Origin: Candidatus Omnitrophota bacterium
Lineage (GTDB): Bacteria > Omnitrophota > Gorgyraeia > Zapsychrales > Zapsychraceae
Reading direction: 5' to 3'
NCBI GenBank assembly: GCA_015233115.1
Contig: JADFYJ010000015.1
Location: forward strand, 450-64,449
DNA length: 64,000 nucleotides
Below the pieces are notes generated by a model. That model worked only from the letters and a program-made list of their open reading frames with translations, was not told the DNA's origin and made no database searches. Shown piece by piece: positions 38,841 to 48,320 of this stretch. Position 1 is the first letter of the stretch, and each line of letters begins with the position of its first letter. The translations under genes were made by a program, and so were the position numbers.

Positions 38841-41201
38841 TTACCTTGTTTCTATTTCCTGCACAGGTAAATAAACTCCAAAGGAAGCTCCTTCTCCTTT
38901 TTTACCGGCTACCTCAATCTTCCCTTTATGTTTTTCAATAATACCATAACTGATTGATAATCCCAGACCTGTGCCTTTTCCAACTTCTTTGGTGGTAAAA
39001 AAAGGATCAAAAATTTTTTGCTTATATTCTTCATCCACGCCCATTCCTGAATCAGCAAAGCTGATGTGAACACACTTGAGATCTAGTTTATAAGACACAG
39101 TAATGACTAAAGTTTTTTTATAGTTCAAATCTGCTATTTTTCCATCCTGAATCAACTTTTGCTTTTCGTCCATAGCGTCGCGAGCATTGCAAATAAAATT
39201 AATCCAAACTTGTTCCAGCTGATGAGGATCGCCTAAAATCGACGGAATTCTCGGGGCTATAAATTGAGTGACTTCAATATCATGCTGTCTTAGCTGTTCT
39301 TCCAATAAGATCAAAGCTGAATCAATGGTTCCTTCCACATTCACAACTTCAAAATCGGTCTGTTCCTGCCGGGCAAACATACGGATATGGTCAATCGTGC
39401 GTTTCATTCGATTCACGGACGCTTTGACATCTTTAATCCCTTTTTCGATTTTATCATCCGTCAAAATTTTCTTTTCCATACACCGGTGCAGAAACTCTGC
39501 CGTAAAATCAATGACGCCCAGCGGCTGATTAATCTCATGAGCAATGCCAGCCGCCATTTCACCGAGCGTGGCCAATTTCCCGGTCTGAAATAATTGGGCT
39601 TGCGTCTCGTCATATGCTTGCCGCATCTTTTTTAGAGCTAATTCTTTTTCTTTGCGTTCCGTAATGTCGCGGATAATACCAACCGCGTGCCAGCCATCTT
39701 CACGATGAATAGAAGATAAAGAAAGTTCTACGGCTATTTCAACTCCATCCTTGCGGATGGCTGCCAATTCCAATGTTTTACCAATCGCGGCACCTTTTCC
39801 GGTACGCTGATATTCTGGATAAGCCATCTCCTGTGCTTGATGAAAACGGCCGGGCGACAGCATTTGATGCAGATTCATGCCCAGAGCTTCTTCCACTCGA
39901 TATCCCAACATCCGTTGAGCCGCGGGATTCCAAAAACTAATATTTCCTTTTGGATCCATCATCAAAATCGCGTTCTGGGTTGAATCAGTAATAGCCCGCA
40001 GCTTTTCTTCACTTTGCAGAATAGCTTCTTCCGCCTGTTTACGCACACTGATATCTTCCACCATCTCCACCGCCGCGATAACTTTTCCGGCTTTATCCTT
40101 AATCGGAGAAGAGATAATTCTAAAATTAAACAGTTGGCCGCCCATGGGGGTTTCGGTCACTGATTCATGAACTGATCCATCCTGCAGGGTCTTTACTGTC
40201 GGGCAATAAGAACAAATTTCTTGTCTGGGCGGATTATTGAACGATCGATAACACGTATGCTTGTCCTTCAAATCAATGTGCGGATTCCATTTTTTCATCT
40301 GATTATTCAAAGATAAAATTTCCATATCCGGGCTAATTAGCGCTATGCCAATGCCTATGTTGTCGACAATACTTCGAAATTGCTCTTCGCTTTGACGCAA
40401 AGCTTCTTCTGTCTGTTTGCGGTCGGTTATGTCCCAGATAATGCCAATAATCATTTGAGGATGACCATTGGCATCATGAATCAATTCACCGCGCGCCGTA
40501 ATATAACGAATACTCCCGTCGGATAAAAAAAACCGGTAGTCGACATCATAAGGGCCGCCGTTCCTGATGGACTGTTCCATTTGTATTTTTATTCTGTCAC
40601 GATCTTCCGGATGCACCACGGCAAAAAATTCTTCAGCCGATCCTCTAAAATTAGCCGGATTGATGCCTAAAAGTGCGCACACCTGATCATCAAAAATGCG
40701 TTTCCCTTCAACCAGGTTAAATTGCCACACGCCCATTTTAGCTGACTTCAAGGCCAGATTGAGTTCTGCCATATTAAGGTGTAACGCTTCTTCCATGTGC
40801 TTGCGCAGAGTAATATCGTTAAAAAACCCAACCAAAAACTTCTTTTCACAAAAAGTAATAATGGAAGTTCTAATGTCCACGTAAAAAATTGTCCCCGTCT
40901 TTGAAAGACACGGTATATCTTCGGCTAAAATCTTCTCACCCCTCGCTTGAGCGTCAAACTCTGCCAAAACGCGGGACTGGAACTCCTTTGGATGCAGATC
41001 CAAAACATTAAGCATTAAGAATTCCTTTTGCGCATATCCAAACATTTGACACATGGCCGGATTGGCATAAAAAAACTTTTTAGTCTCCGCGTCCACGACC
41101 AAAATACCTTCACGAACACCTTCAAATATTATCTTGTACCAAAGATCAGATTTTCCCAACTGCTCAAACGAGTTGTTTTTGTCAGAATCGTCATTTATCA
41201 T
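38841..41201 (-). CDS. Multi-PAS sensor histidine kinase (NtrB-like)
   Basis: Four PAS domains, [28 protein letters not shown]; no TM segments. Confidence 0.92.
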   Translation of the reverse strand: MINDDSDKNNSFEQLGKSDLWYKIIFEGVREGILVVDAETKKFFYANPAMCQMFGYAQKEFLMLNVLDLHPKEFQSRVLAEFDAQARGEKILAEDIPCLSKTGTIFYVDIRTSIITFCEKKFLVGFFNDITLRKHMEEALHLNMAELNLALKSAKMGVWQFNLVEGKRIFDDQVCALLGINPANFRGSAEEFFAVVHPEDRDRIKIQMEQSIRNGGPYDVDYRFFLSDGSIRYITARGELIHDANGHPQMIIGIIWDITDRKQTEEALRQSEEQFRSIVDNIGIGIALISPDMEILSLNNQMKKWNPHIDLKDKHTCYRSFNNPPRQEICSYCPTVKTLQDGSVHESVTETPMGGQLFNFRIISSPIKDKAGKVIAAVEMVEDISVRKQAEEAILQSEEKLRAITDSTQNAILMMDPKGNISFWNPAAQRMLGYRVEEALGMNLHQMLSPGRFHQAQEMAYPEYQRTGKGAAIGKTLELAAIRKDGVEIAVELSLSSIHREDGWHAVGIIRDITERKEKELALKKMRQAYDETQAQLFQTGKLATLGEMAAGIAHEINQPLGVIDFTAEFLHRCMEKKILTDDKIEKGIKDVKASVNRMKRTIDHIRMFARQEQTDFEVVNVEGTIDSALILLEEQLRQHDIEVTQFIAPRIPSILGDPHQLEQVWINFICNARDAMDEKQKLIQDGKIADLNYKKTLVITVSYKLDLKCVHISFADSGMGVDEEYKQKIFDPFFTTKEVGKGTGLGLSISYGIIEKHKGKIEVAGKKGEGASFGVYLPVQEIETR

Positions 41202-41218
41202 GGCTTAAATACCTCTTT

Positions 41219-41530
41219 TTAAATTACCGAATCGTTAATCCACTTAAGATAATCAAGGTTACCTTCTTCGATAGGGATAGAAACAATTTCCGGGATGGTA
41301 TAACTATGGAGTGATTTAACTCGTTCAATTAATTTATTCATCAGGGTATTTTTCGTCTTCATGATTAACAGGATTTCTTCTTCATATTGGATTTTTTCCT
41401 GCCACCAAAAAACAGATTTGACTTTCTCAATCATATTAACACATGCCGCTAATTTTTCGGCAACAATTGTGTCAGCAATTTTTTTAGCTTCAGATTGGTC
41501 TTTGACAGTGACGAAAACAATAGAATACAT
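41219..41530 (-). CDS. cutA: Divalent-cation tolerance protein CutA
   Basis: KLAACVN, S.FWW, HSYTIPEI, YLKW. Confidence 0.93.
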   Translation of the reverse strand: MYSIVFVTVKDQSEAKKIADTIVAEKLAACVNMIEKVKSVFWWQEKIQYEEEILLIMKTKNTLMNKLIERVKSLHSYTIPEIVSIPIEEGNLDYLKWINDSVI

Positions 41531-41541
41531 AGACGTTTTCC

Positions 41542-42240
41542 TTATTTTTTCATGATCACGCTTATCATTCTCCCCGCCGCGGCTTTTTCCCTGCGGTAGG
41601 AAAAAAATTTATTGGCCTGGCAGCCAGTGCATTCGCCGCTGTCAAAAATCCGTTCCGGATGAACGCCCGCGTTCACGGCTTGCCTGACATTCGCGGCAGT
41701 GATATCAAACTTTCTAAGATTATTAATTACGGCAACATCTAACGGAAAATATTCGGAAAATTCAGGGCCTACTTCATAACAGCACTTTCTTAATGAAGGG
41801 CCCATGACAAGCGTGACCTGATCCAGTTTCGTACCATAAGCGGCATGCATCAACTCTAAAGTTTTCACCAATATATTGAGCTGTGTGCTCTTCCAGCCAG
41901 CATGAACAATGCCAATGGTGTCGGTACCCTGATCATAAATAAAAACCGGCTGACAATCCGCGGTCCGCACCATAATCGGGATTCCCGCCTGCTGACAAAT
42001 AAGCGCATCCCCCTCAACCAAAGACACTCCCTGATCAATTAAATCTTCAGCCTTAAAAACATCCGCGCCGTGAACTTGTTTTAAACTTAAAAGCGGAAAA
42101 TGTTCCAACCCTAAACGTGATTTTAAATAAACGAGTTGTGTGAGGCTAAGGATATGGGACGGCAGGGGAAAAGTAAAATCCACATCTCTGGTCGACGTGA
42201 ATTGGACAACATGCTCAGGAAAAAACACTTTTTTATTCAT
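41542..42240 (-). CDS. pgeF: Peptidoglycan editing factor PgeF / YfiH (laccase-domain protein)
   Basis: QVHG, TADC.P, HAGWK, CCYEVG, FFSYRR; start re-assigned to 42240. Confidence 0.9.
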   Translation of the reverse strand: MNKKVFFPEHVVQFTSTRDVDFTFPLPSHILSLTQLVYLKSRLGLEHFPLLSLKQVHGADVFKAEDLIDQGVSLVEGDALICQQAGIPIMVRTADCQPVFIYDQGTDTIGIVHAGWKSTQLNILVKTLELMHAAYGTKLDQVTLVMGPSLRKCCYEVGPEFSEYFPLDVAVINNLRKFDITAANVRQAVNAGVHPERIFDSGECTGCQANKFFSYRREKAAAGRMISVIMKK

Positions 42241-43447
42241 CTGTTTCGATCGGCCCCAATGTTTCGGGTTCATTACCGGATAAGCCTTGCACTTTATCTA
42301 ACTTGCGTTCAATCGTTCTGGTCTTTCTCGTTGCTGTTTCCAATTCTTTTTGAGCAGATTCAATTTTTTTCTGGGTATTCTCCAGAATTTCGCCAAACTT
42401 GTGAAATTCAGTTTTTACGGATCCTAAAAGCTGCCACACTTCAGAAGCGCGTTTTTCAACCGCCATGGTCCTGAATCCCATATGAAAACTATTTAAGATT
42501 GCCGCGATGGTGGTCGGTCCGGCTACTGTAACCCGGTGCTCGCGCTGTAAAAATTCGAATAACCCGGGTCTGCGCAATACTTCCGCGTATAATCCTTCAG
42601 AAGGCAAAAACATGATCGCGAAATCCGTAGTCTGCGGTGGATCAATATATTTATCCTTAATTTTTTTCGCTTCCAATTTAATCTGTGTTTCCAAAGCTTT
42701 TTGACATTCCAGCATGACAACCGCGTCCGCACGATCCTGCGCTTCGAGCAAGCGTTCATAATCTTCGGTGGGAAATTTTGAATCAATCGGAAGATACACA
42801 AATCCTTCGCCTTCACGTCCGGAAAATTTGACCGCGTATTCCACTAAATCATTACTGCCAGATTTCGTTTTAATATTTTTTTCATATTGTTCCGGAGCTA
42901 AAACCTGCTCCAATAAATTGCCCAGCTGAATTTCCCCCCAACTGCCGCGGGTTTTAACATTCGTGAGCACTTTTTTCAAATCCCCAACGCCAGAAGCCAG
43001 CGTCTGCATTTCGCCTAATCCCTGGTGGACTTTTTCCAGCCGTTCGCTGATCATTTTAAACGAACCGTCCAGCCGTTGATTTAAAGTATGATGCAGCTTT
43101 TCATCCACAGTCAAACGCATCTGCTCCAATTTTTGCGAATTGTCATTCTGCAAATCTTTTAAACGGGCCTCAACCACCTCGCGCATTTTCTCTAAGCGGC
43201 TTTCATTGCCCTGAGTCATGGACGTAATTTGTTTGGTAAACGTTTCGCTGAATTGATTTAAATTTTTGGTAAGCTCACCCCGGTTTTGGGCAATATCATC
43301 CCGCACCATCCGCTCCGTGCGTTCCAGATTTTTTTCCAGGCGCTGAAATTGCCCCGTCACCTGCAAAGAGCCGCCGGTGATTTTACGAAACACCAAAAAC
43401 GCGATCAAGACGGAATCGATAATAATCAAAATATCAAGCCATGACAT
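42233..43447 (-). CDS. rmuC: DNA recombination protein RmuC
   Basis: N-terminal TM, coiled coil, KTRGSWGEIQL, IDSKFP, DFAIMFLPSEGLY. Confidence 0.93.
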   Translation of the reverse strand: MSWLDILIIIDSVLIAFLVFRKITGGSLQVTGQFQRLEKNLERTERMVRDDIAQNRGELTKNLNQFSETFTKQITSMTQGNESRLEKMREVVEARLKDLQNDNSQKLEQMRLTVDEKLHHTLNQRLDGSFKMISERLEKVHQGLGEMQTLASGVGDLKKVLTNVKTRGSWGEIQLGNLLEQVLAPEQYEKNIKTKSGSNDLVEYAVKFSGREGEGFVYLPIDSKFPTEDYERLLEAQDRADAVVMLECQKALETQIKLEAKKIKDKYIDPPQTTDFAIMFLPSEGLYAEVLRRPGLFEFLQREHRVTVAGPTTIAAILNSFHMGFRTMAVEKRASEVWQLLGSVKTEFHKFGEILENTQKKIESAQKELETATRKTRTIERKLDKVQGLSGNEPETLGPIETDE

Positions 43448-43471
43448 GCGCTATCTCCTTAAATTGTCATT

Positions 43472-43607
43472 GAGCTCCTGGTACTACGCGGACATTACGT
43501 CCTTGGTCGCACCACTCGCGGAGCTCCTGGTACTACGCGGACATTACGTCCTTGGTCGCACCACTCGCGGAGCTCCTGGTACTACGCGGACATTACGTCC
43601 TTGGTCG
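43472..43607. repeat. 49-bp perfect tandem repeat (2.8 copies)
   Basis: gagctcctggtactacgcggacattacgtccttggtcgcaccactcgcg starting at 43472, 43521 and 43570 (third copy truncated). Confidence 0.95.
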
Positions 43608-43754
43608 TAGGGGCGATCACCCGATCGCCCGCTTACAAAATATTCGCTTTTATATTTTATGTCAGTCAAATAAATAAAGCTGGGTCAAAAAACGCCCTGG
43701 AATGTTAAATTTATAAATCTTTTATAGTCCGGGCGATCAGGAGATCGCCCCTAC
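43607..43754. repeat. Inverted pair of GTAG-type REP palindromes (REPIN/BIME-like)
   Basis: GTAG-GGGCGATC-ACCC-GATCGCCC at 43607-43630 and reverse-complement GTAG-GGGCGATC-TCCT-GATCGCCC at 43731-43754 around an AT-rich spacer. Confidence 0.85.
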
Positions 43755-43787
43755 AACAGCGCCAATCAAATTAGCAACAATTAGCAC

Positions 43788-44189
43788 TTACCTCTTCCCA
43801 CTTTTCTCATTCGCTTCCGCCAATTCAAACTTCACAAAATTTTCCTGCTCGTCAAAAAAAACATATACTTTAGGAGAATCAAAATATTTTGTGCTATAGC
43901 GATAGAGCCAACGATCCAATTTGCCGCCTTTGTCGTCGATAAATTTATTTAATATCGGCGCGCCAAAATCCCGCTGAAAATCTTTTTCCGTTCGATATTT
44001 ATCCAAATTCCCTTTGCGCGCCAACGCTAACAAATTTTCAAACAAATGATCCTGCTTATCAATCCCCACCTGATTTTGTTTCTGCACATCAGACAAATTC
44101 TTTAAAGTCAAAATCTCCCGGCCGGTTGAACATCCGCACAAAATCATCCCAACCAGCAACATTAAAATCAAACTTTGGGATTTTTTCAT
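43788..44189 (-). CDS. Hypothetical lipoprotein
   Basis: Lipobox ILCGC after hydrophobic signal; FGAP...W.YR pattern. Confidence 0.75.
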   Translation of the reverse strand: MKKSQSLILMLLVGMILCGCSTGREILTLKNLSDVQKQNQVGIDKQDHLFENLLALARKGNLDKYRTEKDFQRDFGAPILNKFIDDKGGKLDRWLYRYSTKYFDSPKVYVFFDEQENFVKFELAEANEKSGKR

Positions 44190-44219
44190 AATAATCCTTT
44201 TGAAATTTTTAATTTTTTC

Positions 44220-44270
44220 GGTTGATGGTTTTTGGTTGTTGGTTTTTAGTTTTTAACCCATCATCCATCA
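44220..44270. repeat. Left arm of GGTT-type element with degenerate right arm
   Basis: ggttgat ggttttt ggttgtt ggttttt agttttt then aacccatcatccatca. Confidence 0.7.
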
Positions 44271-44312
44271 CAGCATTTTTCCTGCCACCCTACCAAGCTA
44301 GGACACCACTAA

Positions 44313-44414
44313 AACCGTGTCCCAGAGCGAGTTCTGCTCCGCTTAGGAGCAGCTGTTTGAGTCCTTCGACTACGCTCAGGATGGTGAGCCTGTCGAACCA
44401 CGACGGACATGGTT
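44313..44414. repeat. Nested palindromic (multibranch) intergenic element
   Basis: Outer stem aaccgtgtcc/ggacatggtt enclosing ctgctcc/ggagcag and ttcgac..gctca/tgagc..gtcgaa hairpins. Confidence 0.65.
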
Positions 44415-44435
44415 GAAATGATACCCGAGCGAAAT

Positions 44436-44690
44436 TTACTTTTCCCATCTAAAGTGTACAAAAATGCGTCCCCAATTTTTATCGTCTTTTTCAATTCTAT
44501 GATACGCGCCTTTATAATTTTTTTCCAGAAAACGCAGCACAGATTTTTTTAACTGCCCGCTACCTTTACCAGGAATAATTTCCAGCGCCTTGGCCCGCTT
44601 TTCTTTCGCCTCCTGCATACCCCCATGCAAAGCATTTTCTAGTGCTCTACCGTCAGAAAAAATATCGTGCAAATCCAGTTTAATATCCAT
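44436..44690 (-). CDS. Smr/MutS2 C-terminal domain protein
   Basis: KLDLHDI, EIIPGKGSGQLKK.V, NWG motifs. Confidence 0.88.
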   Translation of the reverse strand: MDIKLDLHDIFSDGRALENALHGGMQEAKEKRAKALEIIPGKGSGQLKKSVLRFLEKNYKGAYHRIEKDDKNWGRIFVHFRWEK

Positions 44691-44732
44691 ATATTTTTAG
44701 GAAAATATTTTTAAAATTACCAATCACTTTTC

Positions 44733-44783
44733 ATCGCTTTTTCAAACCTTTATCACCTTTACCACCTCTACCACGTTTACCAC
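44733..44783. repeat. Solo arm with 9-bp tandem unit ACC(T/G)(T/C)TACC type and the shared inner motif
   Basis: atcgctttttc aa acctttatc acctttacc acctctacc acgtttacc act, directly after ABC-F stop. Confidence 0.75.
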
Positions 44784-44786
44784 TTT

Positions 44787-46736
44787 TTAAGTTTGATTAA
44801 TTTTGTCGCGTTCCGTTATCAATCCATTATAACTCATTTCAATTTCCCGCAAACGGCTTTGAATTTCTTTTAATCTCCGGCCAAAATCTTTCACTTCAGG
44901 AGAATTGAACAATTCCGACATTTTCCGGCCTTTCACATAACTTTCCACTTCCAGATTCTTTTTCTCCTCTTCCAAGCGGCCCATTTCTTCTTTGATTTCC
45001 TTCAACCGTTTTTTCGCTTCCATATGTTTGCGGTGCGCCTCATCAACGACTGAATTTCCGGATTGCCGTTCTTTTTGCTTGCGTTCCTGTTCCTGCTTCT
45101 TTTGCTGAGCTTCTCTCAATTGCCGGGCATCTTCCCGCATTTGCTCATCAGACTGACTTTTCTTTTCCAAATAATAATCCAAACCTCCTGGAAAAACTCT
45201 CAGCTGGCCATGATTAACCTCTACAACACAATCCGCCACTTCACGAATAAAAAATAAATCATGGCTAATAAAACATACCGTACCTTCATATTTTTGAAAT
45301 GCGACAGTCAAAGCTTTAATGCCGTCCAAATCTAAATGCGTCGTAGGTTCATCCAAACACATAAAATTGGGAGGATCAATCAATAACTTCGCCAGAATCA
45401 ACCGGCTCTTCTCCCCGCCGGATAAAATTTTCACAGACTTAAACACATCATCGCCATGAAAATTAAAAAGTCCGAGCAAACTTCTGACACGCACAGACGG
45501 CACGCCATGCGGACACACGGATACCACTTCTTCAAATGCGTTTTTTTCCAAATTTAACACATCCAACCTAGTCTGTGAAAAATATCCAACGTCGACATTC
45601 GTTCCGTATTTTATTTCTCCCGTATCCGGAGTCAATACGCCGGCCAGCATTTTTAACAGCGTGGATTTACCCGCGCCGTTAGGGCCAACCAAACAGACCT
45701 TTTGATCCCGCAAGACTTCAAAATCTAAATTTTTATAAACCGAAATATCTTTATAAGATTTGCTGACTTGATAAGCTCCGGCAACCACATATCCTGGCCT
45801 TTTCACCGGCGGAAAAGAAAATTCACCGACGCTCTTAGTTTCACCCGGTAATTCTTCGCGCTGCTCCGCCAGTTTCTCGAGCATCTTTAACTTATTCTTA
45901 ACCGCCGAAGCCCGATTAGGCTGGGCATGAAAACGCTGAGTAAACCGTTCCAGCTGTTCTTGTTTTTTCTCAATGACCTTTTGCCTCTTTTCCAAAGACC
46001 GATTATCCACATCCTTCTGGGCTTTAAATTCATCATAATTTCCTTTGACCTTAAACATCTGCGAACCTTCCAGTAACACGGTATAATTAGTCACTTCACT
46101 CAAAAAAACCCGGTCATGGGAAATCAGCACAAACGATCCGTCATAATTTTTTAAAAAATCTTTAAGCCACAACGTCGCCTGCAAATCCAAATAATTGGTC
46201 GGCTCGTCGAGTAAAATCAAATCATATTGATAGGTCAGCAATTTAGCCAGCAAAACCCGCATCTGCCAGCCGCCGCTTAACTGCACGATCGGCTTATGAA
46301 ATTCACGTTCTTGAAAACCGAGGCCGGCTAGAATTTTTTCCGCTTTATGCTCGATCTCATACAACCCCAATAATTCCAGCTCATGAAGTATATCGCCGTA
46401 ACGGTCGGTCATGACTTTATCATTATCTTCAAGCTTATGTTTTTCTTCCAGCAAAGATTTAATGCGATTATCACCAGACGCAACTTCGTCCATGACGGTT
46501 TTATCAGAATTAAATTTAGCTTCCTGCGGCAGATGTCCGATATTAATATTTTTCTGAATTTGGACAGAACCGGAAACAGGTTCCATCTCTCTTAAAATAA
46601 TTGAAAATAAAGTTGATTTACCTGCCCCATTAGGGCCAGCTAAACCAATTTTTTCGTTTTTAAAAATACTAAGCGTAACATCTTTAAAAAGGGTCCTCGA
46701 GGAAAACCCCATAGTAATATTATTTAACGTTATCAT
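44787..46736 (-). CDS. ABC-F family ATP-binding protein
   Basis: Two NBDs (GPNGAGKST twice, LSGG, LDEPT), no TM, C-terminal coiled coil. Confidence 0.93.
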   Translation of the reverse strand: MITLNNITMGFSSRTLFKDVTLSIFKNEKIGLAGPNGAGKSTLFSIILREMEPVSGSVQIQKNINIGHLPQEAKFNSDKTVMDEVASGDNRIKSLLEEKHKLEDNDKVMTDRYGDILHELELLGLYEIEHKAEKILAGLGFQEREFHKPIVQLSGGWQMRVLLAKLLTYQYDLILLDEPTNYLDLQATLWLKDFLKNYDGSFVLISHDRVFLSEVTNYTVLLEGSQMFKVKGNYDEFKAQKDVDNRSLEKRQKVIEKKQEQLERFTQRFHAQPNRASAVKNKLKMLEKLAEQREELPGETKSVGEFSFPPVKRPGYVVAGAYQVSKSYKDISVYKNLDFEVLRDQKVCLVGPNGAGKSTLLKMLAGVLTPDTGEIKYGTNVDVGYFSQTRLDVLNLEKNAFEEVVSVCPHGVPSVRVRSLLGLFNFHGDDVFKSVKILSGGEKSRLILAKLLIDPPNFMCLDEPTTHLDLDGIKALTVAFQKYEGTVCFISHDLFFIREVADCVVEVNHGQLRVFPGGLDYYLEKKSQSDEQMREDARQLREAQQKKQEQERKQKERQSGNSVVDEAHRKHMEAKKRLKEIKEEMGRLEEEKKNLEVESYVKGRKMSELFNSPEVKDFGRRLKEIQSRLREIEMSYNGLITERDKINQT

Positions 46737-47457
46737 GCTGTCTGCTTTTCTCCACTAACTGCTTTAATTGTTCTACTTCATCTTTAGTCAACTCGCGCCA
46801 GGATCCCGGGCGAGACGCTCCTAATTTCAACGGGCCTTGCGCTGTCCGTTGTATAAACTTCACGCGGTATTTCACTTTGCCGAACATGCGCCGAACCTGA
46901 CGATTCCGTCCTTCATGCAATGTAATCCGCGCTTCTGTTATATTTTTATATTTACGCAAAATTTGAATTTTACAAGGCGCCGTTTTTTTTCCGTCCAGAT
47001 AAATCCCCTCTTCCAGTTTCTTTTTTGATTCGCTGTCTAAATTGCCTTCCATGCCCACATAATATGTTTTTTCAATTTTAAAACTGGGATGAGTAAAACA
47101 ATTCGCCACGTCGCCGTCATTCGTCAACAGAATCAGCCCTTCCGTATCGCGATCCAATCTGCCGACCGGCACGACAAATTGCAAATTCTTCGGCAAAAGC
47201 TCATACACCGTGCTTTTCGCGTGCGGATCATGTTTGGCTGTCGTAACATTCTTGGGTTTATTCAAAAGAATATACTTATACGGATTAGGCTCAATAACAA
47301 TTCCCTTGCACATGACCCGGTCTTTCTTCGGATCAACCTCATAGGATGGTTCGTCCACAACCTCCCCATTCACTTCAACGGAACCGCGCTGGACCAACCC
47401 CAAGGCCTCCCGGCGGGAACTGACACCATTTCTGGATAAAAATACTTGTAAGCGCAT
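46720..47457 (-). CDS. rRNA pseudouridine synthase (RluB/RsuA family)
   Basis: S4 domain MRLQ...SRR, GRLDRDTEGL, EGRNRQVRRM. Confidence 0.93.
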   Translation of the reverse strand: MRLQVFLSRNGVSSRREALGLVQRGSVEVNGEVVDEPSYEVDPKKDRVMCKGIVIEPNPYKYILLNKPKNVTTAKHDPHAKSTVYELLPKNLQFVVPVGRLDRDTEGLILLTNDGDVANCFTHPSFKIEKTYYVGMEGNLDSESKKKLEEGIYLDGKKTAPCKIQILRKYKNITEARITLHEGRNRQVRRMFGKVKYRVKFIQRTAQGPLKLGASRPGSWRELTKDEVEQLKQLVEKSRQHDNVK

Positions 47458-47480
47458 AATAGGCTGTCCTAATAATTTTG

Positions 47481-48320
47481 TTATTGTTGGTTGATGGTTT
47501 TCGGTTGATGGTTTTTGGAATGGCCTGAACGTTGCCTCAACGCTTCATACAATAATACGGCAGCCGAGACAGAAACGTTTAATGAATCAGCCAAACCATT
47601 CATGGGAATTTTCACCCGTAAATCCGCGTGACGCATCCAAAATTCACTTAAGCCCGCGTGTTCAGTTCCCATCACCATGGCCGTCGAACTGGTCAAATCC
47701 GTATCCGAATAAATCTGTTTTCCGTCGGGAAATGCCGCGCAGATTTGAATTTTATTGGCTTTAAAAAATTCCAAAGCTTCGTCATTGGAACACGCGACAG
47801 TTTTAATTGAAAACACCGTGCCTAAACTCGCGCGGATCACATTCGGATTAAAAATATCGGTTTTTTTATCGCAAACGATCACTCCGTCAACACCCACCGC
47901 GTCACAGGTCCGCAATACCGCGCCCAGATTCCCCGGCTTTTCCACTGACTCTAAAACCATCATCAAATGCGCCCGTTTCATTTTGTTCAAATCACTTAAA
48001 TGATATGCCTTCGGCTTACACACCGCAATGATTCCCTCTTGCCGCTCACCGTAAGCCATTTTTTCGAATACACTTTCCGGCACTTCAAACAATCTGGCTT
48101 TCTGCCCCTGCAATTGTTCTAAAACTTTTCCGTCATCATATTTTTTCAGCAAAGCCGGACAATAAAAAATTTCTGTGAACTGAAACGCGCACGCCAAAGC
48201 CCGTTTTACTTCCAGATAGCCTTCAACAATTGTCAAACCGGTTTCCTTACGATTTTTACTCTCCCGCAAACTGACCGCGTCTTTGATCTTCGGGTTACTT
48301 GAACTGGTAATAAGGGGCAT
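47481..48320 (-). CDS. TrmH/SpoU family RNA methyltransferase
   Basis: EKPGNLGAVLRT, GTEHAGL, IPM.G.ADSLNVS; last ~12 codons are a GGTT-type repeat arm. Confidence 0.92.
   Translation of the reverse strand: MPLITSSSNPKIKDAVSLRESKNRKETGLTIVEGYLEVKRALACAFQFTEIFYCPALLKKYDDGKVLEQLQGQKARLFEVPESVFEKMAYGERQEGIIAVCKPKAYHLSDLNKMKRAHLMMVLESVEKPGNLGAVLRTCDAVGVDGVIVCDKKTDIFNPNVIRASLGTVFSIKTVACSNDEALEFFKANKIQICAAFPDGKQIYSDTDLTSSTAMVMGTEHAGLSEFWMRHADLRVKIPMNGLADSLNVSVSAAVLLYEALRQRSGHSKNHQPKTINQQ

Noticed and set aside
43472-43607. Possible CRISPR array
   Set aside because: Copies are directly adjacent with no unique spacers and no cas genes are in the window
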